From assembly GCA_027310185.1 (NCBI GenBank), contig DAIDBH010000018.1:224001-288000 (forward strand): a stretch of 64,000 nucleotides of DNA, read 5' to 3'. Below the pieces are notes generated by a model. It was not told the origin of the DNA. It saw nothing but the letters and a program-made list of their open reading frames with translations, and ran no database searches. The position numbers and the translations under genes are program-made. This document shows, piece after piece, positions 30,063 to 40,048 of this stretch; position 1 is the stretch's first letter, and every line of letters begins with the position of its first letter. The stretch is from Thermoplasmatales archaeon (GTDB lineage Archaea > Thermoplasmatota > Thermoplasmata > Thermoplasmatales > Thermoplasmataceae).

Positions 30063-30998
30063 ATGGAAAGTTATGATTTCCTCATTGTTGGTTCCGGGAT
30101 AACTGGAATCAATATTGGAATGGAGCTCAGTAAAAGAGGTTTCAGGACACTTAACATAGACAGGTCAATGGACCTTGGATATCCTGTTTCCGGAAGTTGC
30201 TTCATTCCACTCAGTACATTCAACCGATATTTCCGGAATTATGAAGAACATGTTAATGGAATTTTCACATCCGTAATCATCAGTGACGATAGTTCTGAGG
30301 AAGAGATATCACTTCCTGCTGAAAAGAACATAATAAGCCTGGACAGGGAAAAGATTGTACGCCAGATGGCAACTGAACTTTCCCGTATTGGTGGAAAAAT
30401 CAGCATAGCATCAACAATGGCATCATATAATCTACGGGAACAAGGCAGGGTGAATATCAATCTGAAGAGGGAGGGAAAGGATGAAACCATTGAAGCTGGG
30501 AAGATCATAATCGCAACCGGGAATCCTGAAGAAAGTTTCCTGAAGCACGATAAAAACTGTATAATCAGAAAGTCAAGTTCCGTTTATTCAAGGGGAAAAC
30601 TTGGAAAGTTTCCCGTGGAAAGTTTCAGGGTTGCAATGAATAGGGATGTCGCATCCATAGAAGCAATTTACATGGGGTCCAGGGAGGTGCTTCAGATAAA
30701 CCAGGAAAAAGAACCGGTAGTAGGGGCAGAAGCCACGTTCAGGTACCATACGCTGACACATAGTTGTTTTCCTTATTCCAGCCCGGAGATTTTTGTATCT
30801 GGAAATATGCTTGGAACAGAAAATCTAACCGGTACAGGAATAGGATATTCCATGGATTATAACCAGTTCCTAATAGATAATATTACTGAGGACAGGGAAA
30901 AACTTCTTGAAAAGTATAACTCCATGAACTTAAAAAATGATTTCACCAGAATGGATCTGGTCGATTCTATCCTGTACAGGATACCTGTATACTCCTAG
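30063..30998 (+). CDS. FAD-dependent oxidoreductase, divergent geranylgeranyl-reductase-like
   Basis: YDFLIVGSGITG, LDREK, IIIATG, NLTGTGIGYS. Confidence 0.65.
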   Translation: MESYDFLIVGSGITGINIGMELSKRGFRTLNIDRSMDLGYPVSGSCFIPLSTFNRYFRNYEEHVNGIFTSVIISDDSSEEEISLPAEKNIISLDREKIVRQMATELSRIGGKISIASTMASYNLREQGRVNINLKREGKDETIEAGKIIIATGNPEESFLKHDKNCIIRKSSSVYSRGKLGKFPVESFRVAMNRDVASIEAIYMGSREVLQINQEKEPVVGAEATFRYHTLTHSCFPYSSPEIFVSGNMLGTENLTGTGIGYSMDYNQFLIDNITEDREKLLEKYNSMNLKNDFTRMDLVDSILYRIPVYS

Positions 30999-32356
30999 TC
31001 CTCGAATTCCTTTAGCAGGTCAGGATTACCCTTCATCTGCCCCCTCATCATCTTCTTAAGGGCACGATTTCCCTTCATCATTTTCGCATTTTCCTTCATG
31101 GCCCTGAATTCTTTCAGGAGATTTCTCACATCTTGTTCGCTTGTTCCAGATCCTCTCGATACCCTTCTGATTACCTTTGCATTTATTATTTCAGGATTCT
31201 CAAGTTCCTTATATGTCATAGAATCAAGTATGACCGTATATTTGCCTATTTTTTCCTGTGCGGCATCAAGATCGAGCATATTGCTGGCTCCCTTTGGCAT
31301 CTTTCCTACGGGTATTGAATCAAAGAGCCTCTTCATGAGTGATGGTTTTGCGAATTTCTCCCATATATCATACATATCCATGAGGTTGAACTTTCCGCTC
31401 ATGATCTTTGTCATTGTTTCTTCTGCTTTCTCATCACTAATGTCTGCTTCCTGTGCAACATCTAGCAGGGCCTCCGGATCACCCATGCCAAGAAGCCTTC
31501 CAAGGAATTTCTTTGGGCTGAATATCTCAAAATCCTCCAGATGCTCGCCAGTTCCTATCATGTAGACGGGAACACCTGTCTGGGCAACTGCACTCAGTGC
31601 ACCACCAGCCTTTCCAGTCCCATCCATCTTTGTTATTATTACGCCAGTAAGCCCTGTTGCTTCCATGAGGGACTTTGCCTGAGGTCCAGCCTGCTGTCCA
31701 ATTGTCGCATCCATGACGAGGAGGACCTCATCAGGGTTTACCGCTTTCTTGAGCTTCGTGATTTCATCCAGGAGTTCGCTGTCCAGTGAATCTCTTCCAC
31801 TGGTATCAACAATCTTTACCTGGATATCCTTCAGTTCATCAACGGACTGGTTGAATATCTTTACGGGGTTCTTTTCTCCTTTCATCCCAAAGAACCTGGC
31901 ACCAGATTGCTCTGAAATGGTTCTCAACTGTTCAAATGCTGCTGGCCTGTGTACATCACATGCCACAAAGCCCGTAGAAAGACCCTTCTTTATGAAGAAT
32001 CTTGCAAGTTTTCCAGCAGTGGTTGTCTTTCCCTGACCATATAGACCAACAAGCATTATTGTCTGTGGTTGTATTTTCAGGTTAGAGGACTTGCCAAGAA
32101 TTGAGAGCAATTCTTCATAAACTATTTTCAAAATGTAGTCTTGCGGTGTCATTCCCGCTGGTGGCTTCTCGTTTTCTGATCTTTCCTCTATCTTCCTGCT
32201 GAGATCAAGAGTGAGTTTTACATTAACATCGGCTTTGAGAAGAGCCCTCTGAATATCTCTTATCATCTCCTTTATGACATTCTTGTCAATATAACTGGAG
32301 CCAGTAATCTTCCTGAAAGTCTCCCTCAACGAGCTTGACAGGTTATCCAGGGCCAA
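30995..32356 (-). CDS. ffh: Signal recognition particle protein SRP54
   Basis: GLYGQGKTTT, DTSGR, TKMDG.GKAGGALS, M domain; TTG start after GGTGA. Confidence 0.97.
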   Translation of the reverse strand: MALDNLSSSLRETFRKITGSSYIDKNVIKEMIRDIQRALLKADVNVKLTLDLSRKIEERSENEKPPAGMTPQDYILKIVYEELLSILGKSSNLKIQPQTIMLVGLYGQGKTTTAGKLARFFIKKGLSTGFVACDVHRPAAFEQLRTISEQSGARFFGMKGEKNPVKIFNQSVDELKDIQVKIVDTSGRDSLDSELLDEITKLKKAVNPDEVLLVMDATIGQQAGPQAKSLMEATGLTGVIITKMDGTGKAGGALSAVAQTGVPVYMIGTGEHLEDFEIFSPKKFLGRLLGMGDPEALLDVAQEADISDEKAEETMTKIMSGKFNLMDMYDIWEKFAKPSLMKRLFDSIPVGKMPKGASNMLDLDAAQEKIGKYTVILDSMTYKELENPEIINAKVIRRVSRGSGTSEQDVRNLLKEFRAMKENAKMMKGNRALKKMMRGQMKGNPDLLKEFED

Positions 32357-32368
32357 ATCATCTCACCC

Positions 32369-32674
32369 CTAATATTCCCTCCACCTGTGCCCACATTTAG
32401 CGCACGTATAGATTGCCGTTTCAGGTTCATCTGCAGCCCTTGTCTGCTTCAGAACGTAATAAGCACCCTTGTTTCCGCATTTTGGGCACACTGCTTCTGA
32501 GTCAAGTGGTTCAATATGAACTTCCTCCCTGATCATCACAACATCTTTTTCAGTACTCTTTGCCACTACCTTCCCATCCATTTTCCTGTTACCCTTTTCT
32601 TCATGTCCACATACCGGACAAATATTCTTGTCCCTTCCAGGTATTATAAGTGATCCGCATTTTGAGCAAAACAT
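32369..32674 (-). CDS. tfs: Transcription elongation factor TFS
   Basis: MFCSKCG, CPVCG, CPKCG, QTRAADEP, CAKCGHRWREY. Confidence 0.95.
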   Translation of the reverse strand: MFCSKCGSLIIPGRDKNICPVCGHEEKGNRKMDGKVVAKSTEKDVVMIREEVHIEPLDSEAVCPKCGNKGAYYVLKQTRAADEPETAIYTCAKCGHRWREY

Positions 32675-32791
32675 AATCCCATATATCCTGTCCTGATATT
32701 TGTCCATTACTACATGATTTTTGTTTTTCCCATGATTATTAATCAATCATCCTCTGTGAAAATTTATTTTAATAGTTAGGCATGTGCATGC

Positions 32792-33481
32792 ATGGTAAAA
32801 CTTGATGATGCCATCATAGCAAGACTTGATCACGCAGGGCATAAATTTGAGATTCTCGTAGACCCAGACGCTGTAGAAAGAATCAGGGAAGGAAAACTGG
32901 ACGTGGAAAATGATCTAGCCTCTGAAGACATATTCAAGGATGCCAGGAAGGGGGAAAAAGCCGGAGAAGAAGCCATTAAAGAGGTATTCAAGACAGACGA
33001 CATATCAAAGATTGTATCTGAAATAATAAAGCGTGGACAGATACAGCTTACAACAGAGCAGAAACATAAAATGGTGGAAACGAAGAGAAAAATAATCATA
33101 AATACAATCTCCAGGGAAAGCATAAATCCACAGACAAACGCACCAAATCCTCCAGCAAGGATAGAAGCGGCAATGGAAGAAGCAAAGATCCATATAGACC
33201 CGTTCAAGCCAGTGAATGAACAGATAAACATGGTACTGAAAGAATTGAAGCCAATTATTCCCATAAGAATGGAAAAAGTCAAGCTTGCAATAAAGGTAAG
33301 AGGAGACGCTTATGGTAGAATGTACGGTGATATCAGCCATGAGGGCCAGATACTGAAAGAGGAGTGGGGGAAGGACGGAAACTGGATGTGTGTAATTGAA
33401 GTATCTGCTGGGATGTATGGAGATATAATTTCATCGCTTGGGCGAAAGGGAAAGGACGATATAGATATAAGAAAAATATAA
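32792..33481 (+). CDS. Ribosome maturation factor SBDS/Sdo1
   Basis: ARL...G.KFEILVDPD, IFKDARKGEKA, GQIQLTTEQ, NPPARIE.AM. Confidence 0.95.
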   Translation: MVKLDDAIIARLDHAGHKFEILVDPDAVERIREGKLDVENDLASEDIFKDARKGEKAGEEAIKEVFKTDDISKIVSEIIKRGQIQLTTEQKHKMVETKRKIIINTISRESINPQTNAPNPPARIEAAMEEAKIHIDPFKPVNEQINMVLKELKPIIPIRMEKVKLAIKVRGDAYGRMYGDISHEGQILKEEWGKDGNWMCVIEVSAGMYGDIISSLGRKGKDDIDIRKI

Positions 33482-33624
33482 GGACGAAAAATTTCTTTGC
33501 AGTTCAATTGAAATAATTAAAGAAACAATATATAAGAAGTTTTCATTGCCCTGTTAAAGAGAGATGAGATAGACAAAATACAAAATGTATTAATTAAGAT
33601 GAGAAATAAAGGATGTGATTTAAG

Positions 33625-34320
33625 ACGAGAGAAATAAAAGAGATTGTGTTTCCAGGAGATGACATTGATCCGGGAAACCTTAAACCAAGAAATGGCCTGC
33701 ACAGGGATGCTGACGGGAAATTAACATCACAGTATTTTGGCGTGATACAGAAAGGGGAGGAGTACATAGATATAGTCCCGTTCAATGGCAGTTATTTCCC
33801 AAGACGTGGTGACAAGGTAATAGGAAAGATCATGGAGGTAGGGCCATCAATGTGGACAGTGGATATAAAATCACCTTACATGACAATGCTTCACATGAAT
33901 GATACACCATGGAGAACAATATCCGGCGACCTGAAGAAATTCCTGACTACAGGCGACTATGTGTATGCCAAGGTAATGAATGTAAATGAAATAAAGGAAA
34001 GCTGGATTACGCTGAAGGAACCAGGAATAGGATTGAGAAAGCTGGAAGGGGGGCACATAATGTCAATTCCTGCACCAAAGGTGCCAAGGATCATAGGAAA
34101 GAACGGTTCCATGGTCAATATGGTAAAGGATGCAACATTCACAAGGATTGTAATAGGACAGAATGGGCTCATATGGATAGACGGACTCCCTGAAAACGTG
34201 ATTGTTGCTTCAGAGGCAATAGGCCTAATAGAAAGTGAAGCACATGCCACAGGACTGACAGACAGAATTACAGAATTTTTGAAAAGTAAAAAAGGTGAAA
34301 TTAATGGGAACACCCAGTGA
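33625..34320 (+). CDS. rrp4: Exosome complex RNA-binding protein Rrp4
   Basis: VFPGD, S1 domain (Y.P..GD.VIG), KH domain (KVPRIIGKNGSM, IGQNGLIWI); start uncertain (ACG 33625 or GTG 33646). Confidence 0.93.
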   Translation, partial: TREIKEIVFPGDDIDPGNLKPRNGLHRDADGKLTSQYFGVIQKGEEYIDIVPFNGSYFPRRGDKVIGKIMEVGPSMWTVDIKSPYMTMLHMNDTPWRTISGDLKKFLTTGDYVYAKVMNVNEIKESWITLKEPGIGLRKLEGGHIMSIPAPKVPRIIGKNGSMVNMVKDATFTRIVIGQNGLIWIDGLPENVIVASEAIGLIESEAHATGLTDRITEFLKSKKGEINGNTQ

Positions 34321-35056
34321 TAAGAAACTGATAAATGAGAATGGATTAAGACTTGACGGAAGAGGAGATGAAGAACTGCGACCTATCAAAATAACAACGA
34401 ATGTTCTTGAAAGGGCAGACGGAAGCGCCTTCATGGAATGGGGAGGCAACAAGATACTTGTGGCCGTATATGGTCCCAGGGAAGCATACCCCAAGCACAC
34501 CCAGGATATTGAAAAAAGTGTTATAAAAGCAAGATACAATATGGCAGCTTTCTCTGTGGACGAGAGAAAAAGGCCGGGACCAGACAGGAGATCAACAGAA
34601 ATATCCAAGGTAATTTCCGAAGCACTGAACGCAGCAGTTATGGTGGAACAGTTTCCAAGAACGCAAATTGACGTGTTCATAGAGGTCATACAGGCAGATG
34701 CAGGAACCAGAATTGCAAGCCTGACAGCAGCTTCAGTTGCCATTGCGTCAGCCGGCATACCGATGAGGGACATGGTAGTAGGATGCTCAGCTGGAAAGGT
34801 GGAGGACAGAATAGTCCTTGATCTTTCAAAAGATGAGGATAATTTTGGTCAGGCCGACCTGCCAATGGCTGTACTTTCAAAGAATAAACAGGTTGTACTG
34901 ATACAGATGGATGGAGACCTTTCCAAGGAGGAATTCGGGAAAGCTACAGACATGATAATCAAGGCAACCGACAGAATAGCTGAAATTCAGAGAAAGGCGC
35001 TCTCTGAAAAATATAAGATTGAGAATCTATCTGAATCACAGAATGGAGGTGAGTAA
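34304..35056 (+). CDS. rrp41: Exosome complex exonuclease Rrp41
   Basis: RLDGR...ELRP, ADGSA, YGPRE, QADAGTR, ED.FGQADLP. Confidence 0.97.
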   Translation: MGTPSDKKLINENGLRLDGRGDEELRPIKITTNVLERADGSAFMEWGGNKILVAVYGPREAYPKHTQDIEKSVIKARYNMAAFSVDERKRPGPDRRSTEISKVISEALNAAVMVEQFPRTQIDVFIEVIQADAGTRIASLTAASVAIASAGIPMRDMVVGCSAGKVEDRIVLDLSKDEDNFGQADLPMAVLSKNKQVVLIQMDGDLSKEEFGKATDMIIKATDRIAEIQRKALSEKYKIENLSESQNGGE

Positions 35057-35842
35057 ATGCCCAAAGATGCAAGTGGAATCTTGTCAGAGATAAAGAAGGG
35101 ATACATAAGTAAAAAATTAAAGGAAGGAACAAGAGCAGATCAGAGAAAGCTCGATGAATTCAGGGCAATCAGGATAGAGCCAAATTTCATTCCGAGAGCT
35201 CAGGGCTCAGCATTTGTGAATCTTGGAAAGACTAAAGTTCTTGTAGGTGTGAAGGTAGAATCAGGAGAGCCATTCCCAGATACACCAAATCAGGGGGTTC
35301 TGACAACAAACGTTGAAATGCTGCCAATGGCATTCCCAACATTTGAACCGGGACCGCCTAATGAGGAGTCCATAGAAATAGCAAGGGTTGTTGACAGGGG
35401 CATAAGGGAGAGCAAGATGATAGACCTTGAAAAGCTATGCGTTGAACCAGGTAAGAAAGTAATGATAGTTTTCGTTGATATTGACGTACTGGATTATGAC
35501 GGGAACCTGATAGATGCATGCACAATGGGCGTAGTGACTGCACTGCACACAGCAACATACAAAGTTGATGAAGCATCACCAGAAACAAAACTGCCGGTCA
35601 GATCCATGCCAATATCTGTAACAATGGCGAAAATAGATGACGAACTTGTCTGTGACCCTGATGTTGAAGAGGAACAGATGTCAGATGCCAGATTGACCGT
35701 AACATTCACAGAAGATGGACATATAAGAGCAATGCAGAAGGGTAACTCAGGTTCATTTTCCATGGATCAGATTAAAAAGGGAATTGACATGTCGGAAGTA
35801 GTTGGAAATAAAATCAGGGAATACATCAAGCAGGTGATTTAA
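35057..35842 (+). CDS. rrp42: Exosome complex component Rrp42
   Basis: [42 protein letters not shown]. Confidence 0.97.
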   Translation: MPKDASGILSEIKKGYISKKLKEGTRADQRKLDEFRAIRIEPNFIPRAQGSAFVNLGKTKVLVGVKVESGEPFPDTPNQGVLTTNVEMLPMAFPTFEPGPPNEESIEIARVVDRGIRESKMIDLEKLCVEPGKKVMIVFVDIDVLDYDGNLIDACTMGVVTALHTATYKVDEASPETKLPVRSMPISVTMAKIDDELVCDPDVEEEQMSDARLTVTFTEDGHIRAMQKGNSGSFSMDQIKKGIDMSEVVGNKIREYIKQVI

Positions 35843-35844
35843 AA

Positions 35845-36105
35845 ATGTCAAGAAGAACGTTGAAAGTTGGACCAGCGGGCAGATTTGGCCCAAGATACGG
35901 TGTCACGGTAAGGAAAGTATGGAGTGAAATCTACAAACAGAAGAAGGCGAAATACGAGTGCCCGAAATGCAAGCAGCTGAAAGTTGTCAGGATAGCATCA
36001 GGCATCTGGACTTGCAGGCACTGCGGATACAAGTTCGCTGGGGGGTCCTACAATCCGGAATTCTCCCAGAGAGTAAAAGAGGAACTGGTAGACAATGCAG
36101 TATAA
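35845..36105 (+). CDS. rpl37ae: 50S ribosomal protein L37Ae
   Basis: [27 protein letters not shown]. Confidence 0.97.
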   Translation: MSRRTLKVGPAGRFGPRYGVTVRKVWSEIYKQKKAKYECPKCKQLKVVRIASGIWTCRHCGYKFAGGSYNPEFSQRVKEELVDNAV

Positions 36106-36229
36106 GTGCATAAGATGCGGTCGAATTCTCGAGAAGTCCCTAGGAACCAATGAAATAGAATGCGAGTGTGGTTCCAGGGTTTTCCTGAAGGAAAGACCAA
36201 ATGTGGAAAAAGAAGTAAATTCAAGATGA
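36095..36229 (+). CDS. rpoP: RNA polymerase subunit P (Rpo12), 44 aa, missing from the ORF track
   Basis: [44 protein letters not shown]; canonical position after rpl37ae. Confidence 0.93.
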   Translation: MQYKCIRCGRILEKSLGTNEIECECGSRVFLKERPNVEKEVNSR

Positions 36230-36238
36230 GCATCCAGC

Positions 36239-37396
36239 ATGGATAAATTCACCCAGTTATCCAACGAAAAACTGTGTATCAGGTGCGCTGGAAGAATTTT
36301 TGCAACTGTGGGTCACACCATGACTAACCTGGATCGTGGTAACCATATTTTATTCACTTCCAGATGTATGGGATATGACCTCAATTTTGTTGAAGAGAAA
36401 TACTGTTCGTTGTGTTCAGGAATATTTCTGGAAATCCCAAAATATGCAGAAGAGATTCAAAGGAGGCTTGCTGGCTACGAATACCGGACAATCCTTATAG
36501 GATCATCATTTCCCGCTGATATACTGGAAAAAGAAAAGGTATTACAGGAGAGATATGGCAATCTTGGAGAACCAATAAAAAAGGAATTCAGCCGTGAGCT
36601 TGGAAAATATTATCTGGATATGACTGGAAAGGAATTTGACAGAACTGATCCGGATATAATGGCAAAGGTGAATGTGGAATACATGTCAATAGAATTCCAG
36701 ATAAAATCTCTTCTTATATATGGTATATACAACAAGAATGTGCGTGGGATTCCACAGACAAGATGGATTAAATACTCTGAAAAAACAGATACAGTAGAAT
36801 CGGTGATCGGGGAACAGCTCAAAGTGATGGGAAAAGGAAAGGACTATGCGCTCCATGGAGCTGGAAGGGAGGATGTTGACGTCAGGATGCTTGGCAATGG
36901 TCGGGAGTTTGTAATTGAGCTAACGGAACCAAGATTAAGAAGTATAGACCTTAATAAGTTAATGGAAAGCATAAACAAAACAAATCTTGGAGTTGTAGTC
37001 TCATCAATGAGGCCATCAAGCAGGGAGGAGATCAAAAACATCAAGAACGAGAAGCATTACAAGATATACTGCGCAAAACTTGAATCTGGCAAACCTGTTT
37101 CATGCGAGGAATTAAGGGAGATATGTAAGGAATTTAACGGGAAAGTTATATATCAAAGGACACCATTACGAGTTAGCAGTTCCAGATCTGATCTTGTAAG
37201 GGAGAGAAGGATAGCTGAAATGTCAGTGGAATGCAGGGAAAATGGTGATCACATATTAACCATTGAGGCAGAAGCTGGGACATATATCAAGGAGCTCATC
37301 AGCGGTGATGATGGCAGAACAAGTCCAAGTCTCGCTGAGAAGTTAGGTACCGATATAAGGATCAGGGAACTGGATGTAATAATGATCAAAAGGTGA
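36239..37396 (+). CDS. pus10: tRNA pseudouridine(54/55) synthase Pus10
   Basis: LC.RC.GR, RGIPQTRW, HGAGREDVDVRMLGNGR, QRTPLRV, GTYIKELISGD.GRT.PS. Confidence 0.96.
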   Translation: MDKFTQLSNEKLCIRCAGRIFATVGHTMTNLDRGNHILFTSRCMGYDLNFVEEKYCSLCSGIFLEIPKYAEEIQRRLAGYEYRTILIGSSFPADILEKEKVLQERYGNLGEPIKKEFSRELGKYYLDMTGKEFDRTDPDIMAKVNVEYMSIEFQIKSLLIYGIYNKNVRGIPQTRWIKYSEKTDTVESVIGEQLKVMGKGKDYALHGAGREDVDVRMLGNGREFVIELTEPRLRSIDLNKLMESINKTNLGVVVSSMRPSSREEIKNIKNEKHYKIYCAKLESGKPVSCEELREICKEFNGKVIYQRTPLRVSSSRSDLVRERRIAEMSVECRENGDHILTIEAEAGTYIKELISGDDGRTSPSLAEKLGTDIRIRELDVIMIKR

Positions 37397-37401
37397 AAAA
37401 A

Positions 37402-37698
37402 ATGGTAAAAATGTCACATGGACCGAGGTCAGGATCAAGAATGACCATGACAAAAAGACTGAAAGATAGGGGAATGCCAAGAATAAATTCATACATGAGA
37501 AAATTTGAGGTAGGAGAATTTGTGGCAGTGAATATAGATCCATCTGTTCATAAGGGAATGCCATTTCATAATTTCCAGGGCTTTACTGGTGTTATTGAGG
37601 GCATGCAGGGAAGATGCTACCTCCTGGGTATAAAGGTGGGTGGAGTGAGAAAGACCATTATCGCCGATCCTGTACATCTGAGAAAAATCAAGGTGTAG
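37402..37698 (+). CDS. rpl21e: 50S ribosomal protein L21e
   Basis: SHGPRSGSR, IDPSVHKGMP...FQG.TG, PVHL. Confidence 0.97.
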   Translation: MVKMSHGPRSGSRMTMTKRLKDRGMPRINSYMRKFEVGEFVAVNIDPSVHKGMPFHNFQGFTGVIEGMQGRCYLLGIKVGGVRKTIIADPVHLRKIKV

Positions 37699-37700
37699 GT

Positions 37701-38009
37701 ATGAATATAAAATATATCACATCTTCAGAGGCCAGGGATTTACTTCAGGATCTGAAGGAAAATTCACCTGAAGAAGCAAAGGAATTTGAATATGTGAGAC
37801 AGTTTTCCAGACTCAGCAAGAAGGATGCAGTTGAAGCCGTAAAGAAAATATCTGAGCTTTCTGGTTTTTCAGAGGAAGTTTGTGTAAAGATAGTTGATCT
37901 TATGCCATCTAACATTGAGCAGATGCTTGCAATTTTAAATTCTTATAAACTCACACCAAAAGATGAAGTTTTAAGTAGTATAATTGATTATTTAAAAGAA
38001 TTGCAGTGA
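37701..38009 (+). CDS. rpoF: RNA polymerase subunit F (Rpo4)
   Basis: YIT.SEA..LL, EY...FSRL, VKIVDLMP; canonical position after rpl21e. Confidence 0.9.
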   Translation: MNIKYITSSEARDLLQDLKENSPEEAKEFEYVRQFSRLSKKDAVEAVKKISELSGFSEEVCVKIVDLMPSNIEQMLAILNSYKLTPKDEVLSSIIDYLKELQ

Positions 38010-38013
38010 TAAC

Positions 38014-38562
38014 ATGGAAGAATATGCTTTCATTCTGGACGTTCTAATGCAGGGTAGGTCTACAGATCATTCATACAGCAGGACACCTCTTGTTTTCGGT
38101 TTGGGGGAGACTGAGTTCAAGCTTCTGGAAATGATTCCAAAGGAAGGTGCGATTCTGACAGTTGGTGATAAGGTATATATTGGAAAGGACCTCCAGAAGA
38201 GGGATAAAATCATGACTGTGAAACGCAGAATAGGATATGAGGAATTATCATCGTCTGCAGTAACTGAATTGCCATATATACTTGAAAATATTGTAAAGGA
38301 GAATGAGAAAAAATACGTTGACTTCTTCAACAGGGCCGAGTCAATCAATTCTAGAATGCACACTCTTGAACTTCTTCCAGGACTGGGAAATAAAACCATG
38401 TGGTCAATCATTGACGAAAGGAAAAAGAAGCCATTTGAATCATTCAAGGATCTTACAGACAGGGTAAAAACGGTTCATCATCCTGAAAAGATGATCGCGG
38501 TTAGGATTGCGCAGGAAATTGACGGGAAGAACGAAAAATACAGGATTTTTGTTAAGCAATGA
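38014..38562 (+). CDS. DUF655 family predicted RNA-binding protein
   Basis: EEYA.ILD, F.LLE, FFN.A..I..RMH.LELLPGLG. Confidence 0.92.
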   Translation: MEEYAFILDVLMQGRSTDHSYSRTPLVFGLGETEFKLLEMIPKEGAILTVGDKVYIGKDLQKRDKIMTVKRRIGYEELSSSAVTELPYILENIVKENEKKYVDFFNRAESINSRMHTLELLPGLGNKTMWSIIDERKKKPFESFKDLTDRVKTVHHPEKMIAVRIAQEIDGKNEKYRIFVKQ

Positions 38563-39275
38563 AGCTTTATACGGAAAAATATGGACAGGTCCTGTTGAGG
38601 GACAAGAATATCGCGCAGATAGAGATTTCAAATCTTGATGAGGCAGAAAAAGTTCTTGAAATAGGTCCGGGAGAAGGATTCTTAACGCAGTTTCTTCTTG
38701 AAAAATATCCAAAGGTAACAGTTGTGGAATCTGATCATAGATTTGTGGATATTCTCAGGGTAAAATTTTTTGATTATATTGAGCACGGTCATCTAGAGAT
38801 CATACACGGAGATTTCCTTGAATATGCGGAATTAACACAGGATCAGATAATAGGCAATGTGCCTTACCACATTTCCTCAAAAATTGTCCAGAAATTATCC
38901 ACGATGAGGTTCAACAAGGCTGTCCTCATGTTCCAGAGTGAATTTGCAACAACCCTGATGGCAAAGCCTTCCACAAAGGAATATACAAGAATGACTGTAT
39001 TCGCCTACCTCAACTTCAACATTGAATTTATCAGGCTTGTTTCAAGAAACAGCTTCTCTCCTGTTCCGGGTGTAGATAGTGCCATAATATCCCTGAAAAA
39101 CCATGATAATTTTCCAGATCTTGACAGGAATTTTGCAGAAATAAAACTGAGGCAGATGTTCTCTCAGAAAAGGAAAAAGCTCAAGAATGTCATCGAAAAC
39201 TGCCCCGCAGAATTCCAGGAGAACCGGGTCGATCAACTGCCACCGGAATCAATCGTGACTTTATTACGTAATTAA
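38559..39275 (+). CDS. rsmA: 16S rRNA m6,2A dimethyltransferase KsgA/Dim1
   Basis: GQV.L.D, VLEIGPGEG, GNVPYHISS, F.P.P.VDSA. Confidence 0.95.
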   Translation: MKLYTEKYGQVLLRDKNIAQIEISNLDEAEKVLEIGPGEGFLTQFLLEKYPKVTVVESDHRFVDILRVKFFDYIEHGHLEIIHGDFLEYAELTQDQIIGNVPYHISSKIVQKLSTMRFNKAVLMFQSEFATTLMAKPSTKEYTRMTVFAYLNFNIEFIRLVSRNSFSPVPGVDSAIISLKNHDNFPDLDRNFAEIKLRQMFSQKRKKLKNVIENCPAEFQENRVDQLPPESIVTLLRN

Positions 39276-39671
39276 TATGAATTCCGGTTAATGGGGGCAA
39301 TCGACTGGCCAGATAATTTAGAAACAAAACATCATTCTACAGGAAGAAGGCTCTAGATGGGAGGAATTAAAGCTAATAGCTGAGAAAATGTAGAATTGGT
39401 TTTTCAATACTGTAACCTCTGGAATGAAATAAACTCCCTAATTCGGTTCCTGTAGTATTTTTGGAAACTATGTTCGTTCGAGACGCACCGGACATCGAAA
39501 ATATGACAATGCAATGGATCAAATATCAACCTTTGCCATTCTGGATTATATATAAGTAATAACCTGGATTTTGAAGGATGTTCATTGAATCCTGTAATTC
39601 ATTAAAAAGTGATGAAAGAGGTAAATAAAATATTAAGTTAAGACGATTAAACAAAATTTATGTTTATAACT

Positions 39672-39767
39672 TTAATCGAAGGCGCATCCACACTGTATTG
39701 CTTCTATTTCGCTTTGGTGTCTTGTTCCGCACTGGTGGCATTCATAGGGTCCTTTTCCGGTTTCCAT
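39672..39767 (-). CDS. Unannotated 31-aa zinc-finger micro-protein
   Basis: METGKGPYECHQCGTRHQSEIEAIQCGCAFD* (alternative start 39776); TTTAAA box about 25 nt upstream. Confidence 0.6.
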   Translation of the reverse strand: METGKGPYECHQCGTRHQSEIEAIQCGCAFD

Positions 39768-40048
39768 ACTTATCATAAAATTAAGTAAAGTTTTAAGCAT
39801 TTAAACTTTGGCACTCCATAATTCGTCATCTGACTGACATGTTTTGCAATTGCATATGTATTAAATCACATTATAGTCCCTGGTATTAATGTGCAATCCA
39901 ACTGAAAATATTTCATATCTGTATAGTTCCAATGAAAATTAATTTATGATATAACTGATTTGAAAAAATCCCAAATTTATGTATAATAAGTGAACAATTT
40001 TCAGGAAAATACTAGTTTTTAAATTAATAATTAAGGAAAGATATGTTT

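Noticed and set aside
37614-37700. Long N-terminus of RpoF in the ORF track
   Set aside because: Overlaps rpl21e; ATG 37701 after the rpl21e stop gives the expected size.
39280-39560. Possible structured ncRNA starting GGGGCAATCGACTGGCC
   Set aside because: No convincing extended pairing or known family pattern could be established without folding software.
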